Assembly: GCA_000934665.2 (NCBI GenBank)
Contig: JYFJ02002606.1
Location: forward strand, 1-54,065
Direction of reading: 5' to 3'
DNA: 54,065 bases
Origin: Catajapyx aquilonaris
Taxonomy: Eukaryota
Part shown: positions 33,089 to 46,700 of the stretch, piece by piece
Layout of the letters: each line of letters begins with the position of its first letter
Numbering within the stretch: the first letter of the stretch is position 1
Program-made: the position numbers and the translations under genes
Notes under the pieces: model-generated
What the model saw: the letters and a program-made list of their open reading frames with translations, nothing else
What the model was told of the DNA's origin: nothing
The model's database searches: none

Positions 33089-35368
33089 TTAAAATCCGGC
33101 CACTTTTCGCTTCTTCCTCGGAGGCTTTTGGATCTCCGTGTTTACACTGGCTGGTTCGGGAATCACGACACTTTGAACTGCCAATCCGGATACAAAGTCA
33201 GTGTAATCTGGCTGGGTGTTCATGTCATTGTTTCGTGTAATCTCGACGTTCGTCTCGGGCATACATGTTGAGTCCCAAATATTCAGGATTCGCTGACTCA
33301 TGAAATCAGTGTACTTCTTCAACTCTGAAATCTGCGATTCTAACGATGGCCAACTAGCTTCCTGCAGCTCTTCAACATCGTCGGGATCATGCCTGTCGAC
33401 TGGAACTGTCATCGTCCGAAATGCTGCACCGAAATCATTACAGGTCGAACCCACAAATTTAGTCATTCGCTTCGTCTTCACCGCACATTTTTCCCACTCT
33501 TTTAAGTAACCGATAATGTCACTGGATTTCCTCGATTTGGTTAAGGCGAATCCGAGCAAGTCGCCCGATCCGATGCGCTCCACTACCTGAATCGCATCGG
33601 AATCAACCCATGCGCACAATCCGGTTCGTCCTGTGCACAACCGCATTTGGATGTCTGGATCGTTCAAGACACCATTAATCTGGCCGTATGGGACTAGTTC
33701 AGGTCCGGACGGCAATGAGATGGAAATGCATGGACCTGTCGGATAGTCAGGCACACGCTGGGAGCACTCGGGAAGTACGGTGGCATCTAATGAAGCGGAG
33801 AAGCTGCTGGATTTGTCGCAAGTCAGGTGCTCCCAATCGCTGATCCAACACGATGTGTCACGACCATACTGCGCTGCATACAGCACCAGCTCAAACCCAG
33901 AATCCGACACGGTCTGGCAGAACATCGGCGGAAGCTGAAACAACGCAGAGGATAAGTCGACAGTAATTCGCACACAGTTTACGGCTTACCTCGAACAAAT
34001 GTGTTATTTTCTGCACCGGACAATTCGGTCTTCTCGAGTCCATCAGCAGGACGTACCGATCAGTCCCGATGTACGTGTACCAATCTTTAACGCCTGTTGC
34101 GACCATCGAAATCTCTTCTTTCTCAAGAAGAAGCGTGGACAGACCTTCACAGCTGCAGACTTCATGCCTGGAGTCACGATTCTGCAACATCGTTTAGTTA
34201 ATTGCGCACATACATGTTCGTACCGTACTTACTCTGAGGTCAAGCTGGATTACTTTAGCTCTGTTCGCAACCATGACGCATCGTGGATGAGTGGCATATG
34301 TTAAGCCGTGCCACAAGTCGGAGCAGTGCTTCACTTCGATGAGCTTGCGGGACTTGAACGAGGCATGTTCGACACCGAAGTCGACAATTGTGAGTACGCC
34401 CTGATCGCTTATGACGGCCGATTCATCCGGTATGACTGGGCATACAGCCAATGAAGCGAGTGTGTCCGAAGAGTGATGCTGCGCCGACTTTTCAAGATGA
34501 ATGTCCCCGTCTGATTCCGTGACGGTGTAGAGTTGGACGTCACATTTGGTGCGGACCCACACGTTTCCTATTAATAAGAAACGATTACGGCAATGAAATT
34601 CAGTAACGATGAGACTTACCATTATTAGGTACACCCGCAGTGACTTGGTAAGCGCATGACTTCCCGATAGACTTTTGAACTGATCTTTCGGTGAACAAGC
34701 TTCGTTCCCTGTCCATTTCCCACGGAATCACATCTGTAAGTACGAACAATTAGCCAAAAATGCGTCGGAAATGTGCGGTACGTACAGATCTCATTTCCGC
34801 TCCTGGTGGGCTTAGTGCTTCCGACGTACTTCCGTCCGTCTAGCTCAAAGCAGCAGACGTTTCCGCCAGTGTAGAGGTGGTTGTACCTGCTGTCCATACC
34901 CTGCTTCTTCATGGTCTGCCAGCAGTACGCAGCCTTCCCGATGGTGAGAGGAACCGACACTTTGTCCGCTTCCTTCTGCAACAGTGCGTCGAATGCCTTC
35001 CGAGCCGATGGCATGCGGAAGCCAGTTCGGTTCATTTGGAGCAGGTTGTCCTGCCAGGTCATGACTGGCTTTATGCTCGGATCGGTGTCGGACGTCCCTG
35101 AAAATAATTGCGTTAGTGTATCGGCAGGTACATTACAGGGCAACGTACATTTCCGTGCGATGAACTTGGCCGGGAGTAACGGAGCGGACGGCTCAATGTG
35201 GTATGGAAACTGGGTGTTTGTGTGGCTCCCGCAGGAGATGACCACCCCTCCTTCGTGAGGCCAAAGGTCAGGCAGGGTCAGGGAGTGGTTGGGCAACGAA
35301 GCAAGTCCGCTCCTCTCCACATCAACGTACGAGTCCCAAACAGGCCTCACTCCGCTCACGTGGTTCAT
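33089..35368 (-). CDS. TAF1C: TATA box-binding protein-associated factor, RNA polymerase I subunit C (SL1 / Rrn6 family), 5 exons, ~689 aa
   Basis: Phase-consistent exons 35368-34786, 34733-34620, 34567-34233, 34181-33990 and 33934-33089. The beta-propeller motifs VRTK..VQLY, LAVCPVIPDESAVISDQG, WHGLTYATHPRCVMVANR..DLR and VLLMDSRRPNCPVQKITH parallel TAF1C (SPHLPGELA, W..F..HPR, LVDERLPLVPM.W.H) as I recall it. C-terminal KPPRKKRKVAGF. Confidence 0.8.
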
Positions 35369-35502
35369 CGTCTGAAATAGTAATGCAAATCTAATTAGAT
35401 TAATTAGTATAATTAGATTAATGCTTGCACAATACTCTGGCGATGCTTGTTAATGTTTAGCCGGATGTCGATAAATATTCATGTTAGAATCACACGCTCA
35501 AG

Positions 35503-36480
35503 GCTATGTACGTACACTACTTACATGTATGTCTATGTACAGTAAATACATGCATGTCTATGTACAGTAAATACATGCATGTCTATGTACATTAAATACA
35601 TGTATGTATGCACAGTAAATACATGCATGTCTATGTACATGAAATACATGTATGTCTATGTACATTAAATACATGTATGTCTATGTACATTAAATACATG
35701 TATGTCTATGTACACTACATTTACACGTCTGTATGTGAAATATGTACGTTTATATACTCTACGTACGATGCCTAAATACGTTACGGTATGTAATTAGTTC
35801 TTGGTTACGTACATATATGTCTGTAAGACTAAGTACGTTATGTACCTGACTATGTAAGACTAAGTACGTTGTGTACATGTCTGTAAGACTAAGTACGTTA
35901 TGTACCTGACTATGTAAGACTAAGTACGTTGTGTACATGTCTGTAAGACTAAGTACGTTATGTACCTGACTATGTAAGACTAAGTACGTTGTGTACATGT
36001 CTGTAAGACTAAGTACGTTATGTACCTGACTATGTAAGACCAAGGTAAGACTAAGTACCACTTTGTGTACCTGACTATGTAAGACTAAGTACGTTGTGTA
36101 CCTGACTATGTAAGACCAAGAGCTCTTGGTAAGACTAAGTACGTTGTGTAGGCTACATGTCTGTAAGACTAAGTACGTTATGCACCTGGCTATATGTAAG
36201 ACCAAGTACGTCATGTACCTGACTATGTAAGACCAAGGTAAGACCAAGTACGTCATGTACCTGACTATGTAAGACTAAGTACATTATGTACATGTCTGTA
36301 AGGCTAAGTATGTTATGTACATGTCTATGTAAATATTGTAAAACTAAGTACGTTGCGTACATGTCTGCTCACATGTACTTATATAAGTACCCTACATACA
36401 TGTACGTCTACGTACCTTATGTACATTTATGTCTAAGTAAGATACATACATACGTCTGTGTACGTTACATGTTACATACC
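35503..36480. repeat. GTAC-rich minisatellite region (25-bp units, then a 60-bp unit made of 32+28 subunits)
   Basis: GTCTATGTACAGTAAATACATGCAT repeats at ~35530-35715. The 60-mer CTGTAAGACTAAGTACGTTATGTACCTGACTATGTAAGACTAAGTACGTTGTGTACATGT is exact at 35821, 35881 and 35941, then degenerates. Confidence 0.92.
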
Positions 36481-37180
36481 AGGCCAAAACATGCGCTAAT
36501 TACATTTGAAATAATTAAGGGGCCATGCGGACATTTCAATGGGCGCCGCCATTTGTAATCGACGCCATATTGGATCCCACTCTCACCTGGACCCCACCCA
36601 AATTATACTCCAATCTAATTACATCCACACGCCATTAATAATTATTTCTCTAATTTTTAAAAAATAAACCCATCATTATATGGACGGTTGAGGTTTATTT
36701 TGTGGCGTTCCATTTTGGGTCCCCACCGGTCCCCACAGTGTCGGCCATCTTGAAGCGGTGTTGCCAAATCTGCCGAAGAGAAGCCGGCTCATTACGACGA
36801 ATCATTTTTTGGAGTTAATTGGTCCTTATTTTCACATGATAATTTTTGGGGAAGTCAACCTCACACGAACGCCTGTTGCCATTAACCTCCCTGTTGCCAT
36901 AACCCCTGTTTTCCATGCTGTGCCTTGCTGAAAGAAAGAAAATGAAAGTGGATCTCCCAGTTGTAAACAACAGAGACCCTCCCTCTTATTTGAAGGGTCC
37001 AACCACCAAAAATACCAGAAGGGTGTCCCTCTTCCTGCTTTTGGTCAAGGCAAAAAAGGAGGAAGCTGTTGGAAGGAGGAGACAAAGAAAGGAATAAAAA
37101 GGGGATGGTTCTCCCATTTACTCTTGTTCTCCTCTATCATGTCAAGGACATAGGGACATTTCAAGCAATCTTGATTTCAA

Positions 37181-37580
37181 GTGCCTTGCACTGCAATGAC
37201 AGCAGCAAAGAACCTTCCCCATAGGGAACTAGGGAAGGTAATTTTCAAGCGGGGCTGGGCACATGCTGCGCTTGGGAAATGGGTCGACAAGCAGGCCGTC
37301 CACTTCCTGACAACCATATCCATGGGGCAGAAATGCAAGAGGTGGTACGGCGTCGCAGAAGATCTAAGGAGCTCGTCGAGCCAATAAGTCACCCAGAGTA
37401 CCAGCAGCATGTGCCGCAGTGCCAGCGGGGCAGGCTGCAGCATCAGGTGGATTTGAAACTGTCTCCAAACCGGTGGCTGTAATGGAATACAACAAGTACA
37501 TGGGCAGTGTGGACCGGATGGATCAAAGGCTTAGCTACTATCCGCTGGAGCACCCTACAGTTAAATGGTGGGAAAAGGGC
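37181..37580 (+). mobile_element. Degenerate piggyBac transposase fragment
   Basis: KWVDKQAVHFLTTI (W.DK..V..LST motif) and, after frameshifts, KPVAVMEYNKYMGSVDRMDQRLSYYPLEHPTVKWWEK (YNKxMGGVDxxDQ, the third catalytic Asp region) at ~37467-37577. Confidence 0.85.
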
Positions 37581-38242
37581 GGTTAGTATACATTTGCATC
37601 CACAATTTGTGGGTAATCAAGAAGCCCGAGACAACGTCCAAGGATGTGAGGAGGGCTCTGGCTTATGCTTTGGTGGACAGAGCACGAAAGGAAGCTTCTT
37701 GTACAGTGTAATTATTTATTACTCAATAGCTTTTACTACTTGTAATTTTTCTTTATGTAACGCATCATCTGTTTTAGATCCTGGACACAACAAGGGTACG
37801 TCTTGCACAACAATAATGGAAGGACACCTTTTCTTTTTTTTTTAACCAACTCCGCAGACCTTGATTATGCCTAAAAATGTGGACCATTTAACTTTACCTA
37901 TATACAGATAGTAGTTATGTGGATTTGTTTACTTTTGAGTCCATTGGTCTTGACATTGGTCTGTGGGGATTTCCCTCAGGAACATTGGGCAATGAGCCAA
38001 GCATACCAGTCACTTTTCTATTTTCATCCTGACTTCGGGGAAGATTTTGGTGAGTCTGAACAGTGCTAGCTGAATGGCTGCATGTACGTTGGTATGACTT
38101 TGGTCGCACCGCTCGGACTTCTTCCAAGTGCGGCTGGTGCAGTACGTGGGTCAATTCCGGACACCCCGGATAATAACAATATTTTTCGTACCTTTCAGGT
38201 ATTTCAAGCAACACTGCCCTGTTGAAAGGGATCGTACCCACA

Positions 38243-41200
38243 ATGGACGTACCAAGTAACAAGTCCGACCAGTCTCGCACTATGGCTGCTATGGTCGGAT
38301 CAGTTGCAAGTGCGATGAGCAAGAACTTGAACCAGAGCAGGTGAAGTTTAGAACGAATGTACGATGTTTGTTTTGGTTCTTGAGTATATCAATACTGATT
38401 TTTTAAAACACTTTGTAGGAATCTGACGGAGTATCGTATGGTGGAAGGGATAAGGCCAGTAGTGGAAGTACGGACGGACGAGCCAGATGGTGTCGAGACC
38501 CGTAATCCTATCCTGAGAATGGCAGAGTCAGTTACAAGTGAACTGAACGAAAGCGTGAAAAGGTGCGTTTACGTCCGACCTTATTAAAACATATAGTTTG
38601 TAGTCCAATATCAGTGTAAATTAGGTGCATGCAAGAGCTAATGTAATAGACTAATTTTTTTAGCACATGTCTTTTTTAGCTATTTTTTAAAATCAATATG
38701 TAGAATTTATTACTGATTGTTTTTATTTCCATTAGGGGTTTAGAAGGGCCTCACATTGGCCGCTGCCTGTCTGATGATGCGAACGAGTTGCAATCATGGG
38801 AGAAAGTAGAGAAGTCGGAGCTGAAGGACACATCCGCGTTGTCTTCCAAGCCAGTTTTTTCACACATTGCATCACAGTTGAAGCGTGAGTATTAAACCAA
38901 CAGTAAGTTCGTCTGGTATGCATTAAATGTACCAGTAATTTTATTATTATTTTGCTAATTAATTTTTTAATACATAAGGGAGAGTGGGCTGGCCTGTCAC
39001 CATAGTGGAGAAGGACGGAAACGGCTTTAAACTGAACAAAAGTGCCCTGAGAAAAGTGTTAACGAAAGGTCGCATTAAGGACAAACCTGTCGTTGTGGTG
39101 TCAGTAGCTGGGGCCTTCCGACTGGGGAAGTCCTTCATGCTGGATTTCTTTCTGCGATTCATGAACGCAAAGGTCAGTGTCATTATTAGTAATAATAATT
39201 ACACCCAAGTAACGTTGTATTTTTGGCATGCGCATAGATGTTACTTGGCTGGATTGGAGCGGAAGACACTCCCTTGGAAGGATTCTCCTGGCGAGGCGGA
39301 ACCAAACCTGAAACAACAGGCCTTGTGGTGTGGAGCGAACTTTTCGAGGCAGAGGGACCAGACGGACACCCTGTTGCCGTCCTGTTGATGGACACCCAGG
39401 GATTATTTGACAACAGGTCCACTGCCAATGATTGTGTCAACATATTTGCACTCAGCACCTTGATCAGCTCTGTGCAGATATTCAACCTGTCCGGCAACAT
39501 ACAGGAGGACGACCTGCAACACCTGCAGTACTTCACAGAGTATGGTCGGATGGCACTTGAGCAGAGCGGTGAGACGCCTTTCCAGCGACTGCTCTTCCTT
39601 GTGAGAAACTACGGCTTGACTGATGAGTACGGACTTGAAGGAGGAAGAAAATTGCTTGATGAAATGCTGGAGGTGAGAGACGATCAAGTTGGAGAACTTC
39701 AGATGTTGAGGGAACACATCCGCAATAGTTTTTCGGATGTGGATTGCTTCTTGATGCCCCATCCTGGCAAGAATGTGTCCAAGGCAGGCTTTGATGGGAG
39801 TACACGGGACTTGGATGAAGATTTCAAGGAGCAGCTGCAGGTGCTGGTGCCACACGTGTTGTCGAAGGAGAACTTGGTCGTTAAGAAAATTGGAGGAACT
39901 ATAATCAAAGCAAAGGAGCTGATTGGCTACATCAGTTCGTACTTCAGTGCTCTGAATTCTGATGCAATACCGGAGCCGAGAACTTTGCTGAAGGTAATTA
40001 CTACAGTTGATTTTTAGACTGATTGTATGATCTGTCTTTCTGTGTATTTAAATACATTTTTCTTTACGTGTGCCAGGCGACGGCTGAGGCGACACACATG
40101 GTTGCAGTAGATAAAGCCAAGGAGCATTATGACGAGCAGCTGGATGAGATGTTTGGCGACAGAGACTTGTTCGTATATGTGGACGAGGAAATGCTGAAGA
40201 ATAAGCATGACACAACAGTAGATTCCAGTCGAGCAGTGTTCACGAATACGAGGAAGATCGGTGGAGAGGATATGTGTATGGCATATGAAGGAAGGTTGTT
40301 GCAGGTGGTTACTTTATATTTGCCCCTACCTAACATAGTACTTTTGACTGTACTAATTAGCTGATGATATTTATTAGCTTATGTGTGAAGAGCGATGCTG
40401 AAGTAAGCTGACCCTAATTAACAATACTTTCCTTTGCAGGAATTGAGCAAGAGGAAAGATTACTACAGCCAACTGAACAGAAACAATTACGAAGTGGCCA
40501 AGAAGAGTGCTGCCGATGCTGCCAATGTTGCGATAAAGTTGTACGAAGAGTTGCTGGATGCTGTTTTTCCATGTGAAGACTCGTTTGTGGATGGGAAGAA
40601 ATTAGAAAGCGAGCATAGGGATGCAAAGGAGAAGAGTCGAGAGATGTACAGAACAACACAGAAATTTGGGAGAGAAGATTTGTGGACGGAGCACGAAAAC
40701 AAGCTTATGAAGGTACATTCTGTACATTTTGCAAGCGTCTTGTAACTTGATTCATGTAACACATTATCATATGACTTGTTTTAGATCCTGGACGATACAT
40801 TTCAAGCCTACATCTCATGCAACAAGAATAACACCGAGAAGGCAAAGAAGTTGTACATGGAAGAATCAAAAACGGAGTACGACCAGATGATGCGTGCAAT
40901 TTTTGCATACGAGTCGCTCTTCATATATGATTCAGATCTGCGGAAAATGCACAACGAAGCTAAGAGTCTTTGTTTGAACCTGTTCACCAAGAGTATGGCT
41001 GGAAAATCAGTTGCGGAAGAGAACAGGGAGACTCTGGACAACATGTATAACGAGGCTGCAACACAAGAATCCGGCGAAGGATCTTCTTCGGTGGTGGCCA
41101 ACGATATTCAATGGAACATGAGTGATGGAATATCGTGGTGTAAAGAAGAGTACAACCTACTTGAAATGGTAATGATCGTATCGTAACTAATCCGATTAAT

Positions 41201-42268
41201 AATGTAATCCACCGGGTATGTCTCGATGTGGTGTTCATTAATCAGGTAAAAAATGTGCATTTCAGGAGCTGGAGAGAATGTATGATCGCTACCTACTGAT
41301 CAACAAAGGCATACACGAAGCCGCTCACAAGCAGAATGAGGGTGTATTGCAAGGAGCGCTTGCCAGTTACACAGAGATTATGGATGATTCATGTGGGGAC
41401 AAAAGCAGGGAAGTGTTCAACAGAGAAGAATTAGCACGACAGCATACTTTTGCGGAGAACTGGAGCATGGACGTGTTTCACAACGCCAATAAAATGGGTG
41501 ACGATATGTTCATAGAGAGATACCAGGAAGAATTAAATCAGGTAGTTTGTTCAAAAGTGGATTGTTACTGGCACATTACAGATGAATTTTTCCTCCTAGA
41601 AATTAGGCCACAAGTTCCAGATGTATGTTGGGAAGAATGACGAAAGACGTCGGCAGGCCGAGAGGGATAATGATGCGGCCATTGCTGCTGCGAGAGAGAG
41701 CTACTGCATGCGTCTGAGAGACATCACTGATCGGCATCCAAATCAGTTCATCCCCGAGGCGGACTTAATTCGAGTACTTAGCATTGCACGTGATGAGAGT
41801 CTCGATATCTTCAGGAATGCGGAGAAGATGGGTGGTGATAGATTCTCAAGGCCATATGAGGATAAGCTCAAGCAGGTAATATTATCTGCCTGTTTATTTA
41901 TTTTGTGTAACCACAAACCTGTCAACTTCTCTTGCATTTAGGAATTGGACAGCATATTTAGAACATGCCTTGCCGACAACGCAAGGAAGCTGTCCATCAT
42001 CCCAGATGGTAGACAAGCTGCTGCGGCTGGTGTGTCGTGTGCGTTGATGAACGTTGGTTTCATGGCTCTGGATTATGCAGCTGCAGTTACCGCAGCTGGT
42101 GCTGGGGGTGCGGCAGCAACCGGTGCCGTGGGTGTTGCGACTATAGCAACCGCTGGAACTGGGATGGTCATAGTGGGTGCTACTGCGTCAGCTGTAGCAG
42201 CCAGTCTTATGGCAAAAACTTTATTATCTACGATCTTGCTGAAGCTTAAACGCACTTGGAGGCGGTGA
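38243..42268 (+). CDS. Atlastin-family large GTPase, copy 1, with five tandem three-helix-bundle modules; 11 exons, ~1034 aa
   Basis: Exons 38243-38340, 38419-38562, 38736-38884, 38979-39172, 39238-39993, 40077-40304, 40440-40712, 40785-41168, 41266-41541, 41600-41875 and 41942-42268, all phase-consistent. G1 VAGAFRLGKS, G2 FSWRGGTKPETTG, G3 DTQG, NIQEDDLQHLQYFTEYGR, G4 FLVRNY, CFLMPHPG and ATAEA. Confidence 0.9.
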
Positions 42269-42789
42269 AGGAATTATATTAAACTGAAGGCAACAAAGTT
42301 ACATATTCCGGAGTAAAATATTTTTGGGTACTGTTAATGCGAGTTGCAGTGGGGAAATAACTGGAGATTCATGTTCAAATAATTTTTCCTGGTTCCTTAT
42401 CTGCTACGGAGATATATTTTGGGCCTCTTCCATGATGTTTTTAAAGCATAATTATGTTTTATGTAGCCTCCCTCGCATTGCGTGATGGAGGCTTTTTATT
42501 TCATCGTAGGTGCAGCCTTGGTATATCTTGAATGCACATTCGCTCACACTGTTGTTGTCTTAGCAACAATAGCTGGGGAAAGTGTACAATCATAATGTAC
42601 GGAAAACGAGAGGACTATCCGACGTCATGGTTTCTTCCATTGTTGCCTTTTGTTGACACTGTTTGCTCATATTGTTCTGTGAGAGTATTTCTATGATGGA
42701 AACCTCAGTCAGATCGTTCTCTCATTTTGCGTACATTGTAGTGACGATGTAAGTCAGTCTGGAATAAACGCACTATCTGGAATAGACGT

Positions 42790-43270
42790 GGTTGGCTTTT
42801 GTTCTGAGACTCAGGTACTGCCTCGTCTGCCTCGCCTGCAGCTGGTGGCAAGGGGCCCACTACATGGTGTCAAGAAGCGGGTTCTTCGGGACAGATGTCA
42901 GAGAGGAGTGATGTGCAGCACGGCAGTATCATTGTGGCAGGAGGGTCTGGTATCGATTGCCGGAATCAGTCCCCAAGCATGTTAGATTTACTAAAATATT
43001 AGGCATGGATAAAACATTCGACGTCCTGAGGATCCACCACTCTGCAGTGTGCCAACGTGCGACAGTCAAAAGATTTATAAAGTGCCCTAAATGTGGAGGT
43101 ACTTCGTGCTTTAAGATTATCTTATGTATATGCATAATGCATTATATAAAAGAGAAAATCTCTGTTTTTTTGTCGGGGCTACCTAACCCACTTTCGGAGT
43201 GCTTCGAGTGCTGAAACTATTGGCACACTGATGGCTTAGGTGCCGCTAATTCGAGGGACACTCCGAAAAC
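42790..43270 (+). mobile_element. Possible degraded piggyBac C-terminal (Cys-rich) remnant
   Basis: VPKHVRF...AVCQRATVKRFIKCPKCGGTSCFK resembles a piggyBac CRD. Short inverted motifs TTTCGGAGTG / CACTCCGAAA at ~43192 and ~43259. Weak evidence. Confidence 0.3.
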
Positions 43271-43614
43271 TGAACTTTTTTTTTTTTTTTTTCAGAATTT
43301 TTATTGGCGTGTATGGATGACTTGTAAAAAAAATTACCATTTAACTCGACCTATTTACATAAATAGTTATAGTAGTTTAATTATAATCAATTTGTCTTAT
43401 AAATCCGGATTTGTTTCCTTTTGAGTCTGGTTTTTTGAGTGTATTGGTCTTCGGTGGTCTCTGGGGAATTCCCTCAGGACCTTTGAGGGCTTCAAGGACA
43501 ACTTTTACTAGCCAAGCATAGTAGCATACCAATCCAGGTTTGGGGGAAGATTTGTTGTTGAGTCTGGGGAGTGGTGAGGATGACATTGGTTGCGGCTGGC
43601 CTTACAGTATAACT

Positions 43615-43697
43615 ATGACGTGTGAGTACATATTGGTCAATTCTGGACACTCCGGACCGGAGTGTCCAGAATTGACCAATATGTACTCACACGTCAT
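43615..43697. repeat. Perfect palindrome, 41-bp arms, 1-nt spacer
   Basis: ATGACGTGTGAGTACATATTGGTCAATTCTGGACACTCCGG-A-CCGGAGTGTCCAGAATTGACCAATATGTACTCACACGTCAT. Confidence 0.95.
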
Positions 43698-43782
43698 CCG
43701 GAGTGTCAGGATATTAACAATGTTTTTCGTACTCCTGTCAGGTATTTAAATAAGCAACCTGTTGAAAGGGATCGTACCAACA

Positions 43783-46700
43783 ATGGAAGTACCAAGTAAC
43801 AATAATAAGTCCGACGGAGGCCAATCACGCACTACGGCTACAACGGTCGGATCAGTTGCAAGTGCGATGAGCAAGAATTTGAACCAGAGCAGGTGAATGT
43901 TTTGGATCTTGAATATCAATACCGTACTGATTATTTCAAAACTACTTGTAGGACTACTCTGACGGAGTATCGTATGGTGGAAGGGATCAGCAGGTCAGCG
44001 GTGGGAGTACGGACAGATGAGTCGGCCTGTGTTGAGCCTTGTAGTACTTTGCAAAGTGTGGTAGAATCAGTCGCCAGTGAACTGAACGAAAGTGTGAACC
44101 AGATCAGAAGGAAGTGAGTTTAATTGAACATCCTTATTAAAACGTATATATAAATTTGTAGCACATTATCAGCTTCAATGTATGGTGCGTGTAATAGATA
44201 TCTGCACAAATTAATTTTTTAACAGCATAATAATTATGTCTTTCTTTAGTTGTGTAGTATTGTTCCAATATTGGTCGATTTTATTACTGATTGGTTTTAC
44301 TTCCATTAGGGATTTAAGAGGGCCTCGCATTGGCCACCGTTTGCCTGATGATGCAGATGATTTGCAATCTTGGGAAAAAGTAAATATGTCGGAGCTGGAA
44401 GACACATCTGCACCATCCTCCAAGCCAGTATTTTCAAGTACAACACAGTTTAAATGTGAGTCTTAAACCAACATTTAGTCTGTGTTAATGATATTTACGT
44501 TTTTTTAAACACAAAAGGGAGAGTGGACAGAACTTCTGAGTTGGGCAAGCCTGTCACCATAGTGGAGAAGGATGGAAACGGCTTTAAACTGAACAAAAGT
44601 GCCCTGAGGAAAGTGTTAAGGAAAGGTCGTATTAAAAACAAACCTGTAGTTGTGGTGTCAATAGCTGGGGCCTTCCGATTGGGGAAGTCCTTCATGTTGG
44701 ATTTCTTCCTTCGATTCATGAACGCAAAGGTCAGTGACTTTAGTAATAGTGGAGTTGCGGAATGTGTAACTCTTAATTTGCGTGCGCATAGATGCGACCT
44801 GGCTGGATTGGAGCGGATGACACTCCCTTGGAAGGATTCTCTTGGCGATGCGGAAACCAACCCGAAACGACAGGCCTTGTCGTATGGAGCGAACTCTTTG
44901 AAGCCGAGGGACCAGACGGATACCCAGTTGCCATCCTGTTGATGGACACCCAGGGATTATTTGACAACAGGTCCACTGCCAGCGATTGTGTCAACATATT
45001 TGCACTCAGCACCATGATCAGCTCTGTGCAGATATTCAACCTGTCCGGCAACATACAGGAGGACGACCTGCAACACCTGCAGTACTTCACAGAGTATGGT
45101 CGGATGGCACTTGAGCAGAGCGGCGAGACGCCTTTCCAGCGACTGATCTTCCTTGTCAGAAACTACAGCTTGACTGATCAGTACGGACTTGAAGGGGGGA
45201 GAAAATTGCTGGAAGAAATGCTGGAGGTGAGAGACGATCAAGTTGGAGAACTGAAGATGTTGAGGGAACACATCCGCAATAGTTTCTCGGACGTGGATTG
45301 CTTCTTGATGCCCCAACCTGGCAACAATGTGTCCAAGGCAAGCTTCGATGGGAGTACACGGTATTTGGACAAAGATTTCAAAGAGCAGCTGCAGGACCTG
45401 GTGCCACACGTGTTGTCGAAGGAGAACCTGGTCGTTAAGAAAATTGGAGGAACTGTAATCAGAGCAAAGGAGCTGATTAGGTACATCAGTTCGTACTTTG
45501 ATGCTCTGAATTCTGATGCAATACCAGAGCCGAGAACTTTGCTGAAGGTAATTACTGCAGTTGATTTTTAAACTGATGCATGATCTGTCTTTCTGTGTAT
45601 TTAAAAACATTTTTCTTTACGCGTGCCAGGCGACGGCTGAGGCGACAAACATGGTCGCAGTGGAGAAAGCCAAGGAACATTACGATGAGCATCTAGATGA
45701 GATGTTTGGCGACAGAGACTTGTTTGCATATGTGGACGAGGAAATGCTGAAGAATAAACACAACACAACCACAGAATCCAGTGTGGACGTGTTTAAGAAT
45801 GCGAGGAAAATGGGTGGAGAGGATATGTGCATGGCATACGAAGGAAGACTGGTGCAGGTACTTGCTTGTTGATTTACCTGTACAAGTACTTCTCAATATT
45901 TGCTTAGTGTTCGCATTAGAATTTTTGAAATATATTACCAATTAAGTTTATTCTGAAATGAACTCTGTTGCAGGAATTGAACAAGAGGAAGGATTACTAC
46001 TGGCATCTGAACAGAAACAATTGCGAAGTGGCCAAGAAGAGCACTGGCGATGCTGTCGATGCTGCAGTAACGACATACGAGGAGTTACTAGATGCAGTTT
46101 TTCCATGTGAGGACTCGTTTGTAGCCGAGAAGAAATTAGATAGCGAGCATAGTGTTGCGAAGGAAAAGAGTCGAGAGAGGTACAGAACAACCCGGATAAT
46201 TGGCACAGAAGAATTGTGGACGGAGTATGAAATGAAGCTTCTGAAGGCAAGGCGTAATGATTTATTACTACGGTACGTAATTTGTCTGAGCACAATGCGT
46301 GATCACATGACTTTGTTTTAGATCCTGGAAGATACATTTCAAGCCTACATGTCACGCAACAAGAAGAACACTGAGAAAGCGAAGAAGTTGTACATGGAAG
46401 AATCAAAAACTGAGTACGACCAGAAGATGCGTGCAATTTTTGCAAATGAGTTGCAGTTCATACGCGATTGCGATCTGCGGAAAAAGCACAATGAAGCTAA
46501 GGATCTTTGTTTGAAGCTGTTTGCTAACAATATGGCTAGAAAATCAGTTGCAGAAGAGAACAGGGAGACTCTGGACAGCATGTGCAATGACGAGACTACA
46601 ACAGAAGATGACAACATCAATGCGACCAGCGAAGGAGCTGCTTCTGTGGTGGCCAATGATACACACCAGAACTTGAGTGATGGAATATTATTGTGCTGTA

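Noticed and set aside
35759..36558. Repetitive ORFs (YTTYLVLHSQVH...)
   Set aside because: Translations of minisatellite DNA.
36840..43270. A single intact piggyBac element carrying atlastin copy 1
   Set aside because: The transposase is fragmentary, and no matching TTAA-flanked TIR pair was found.
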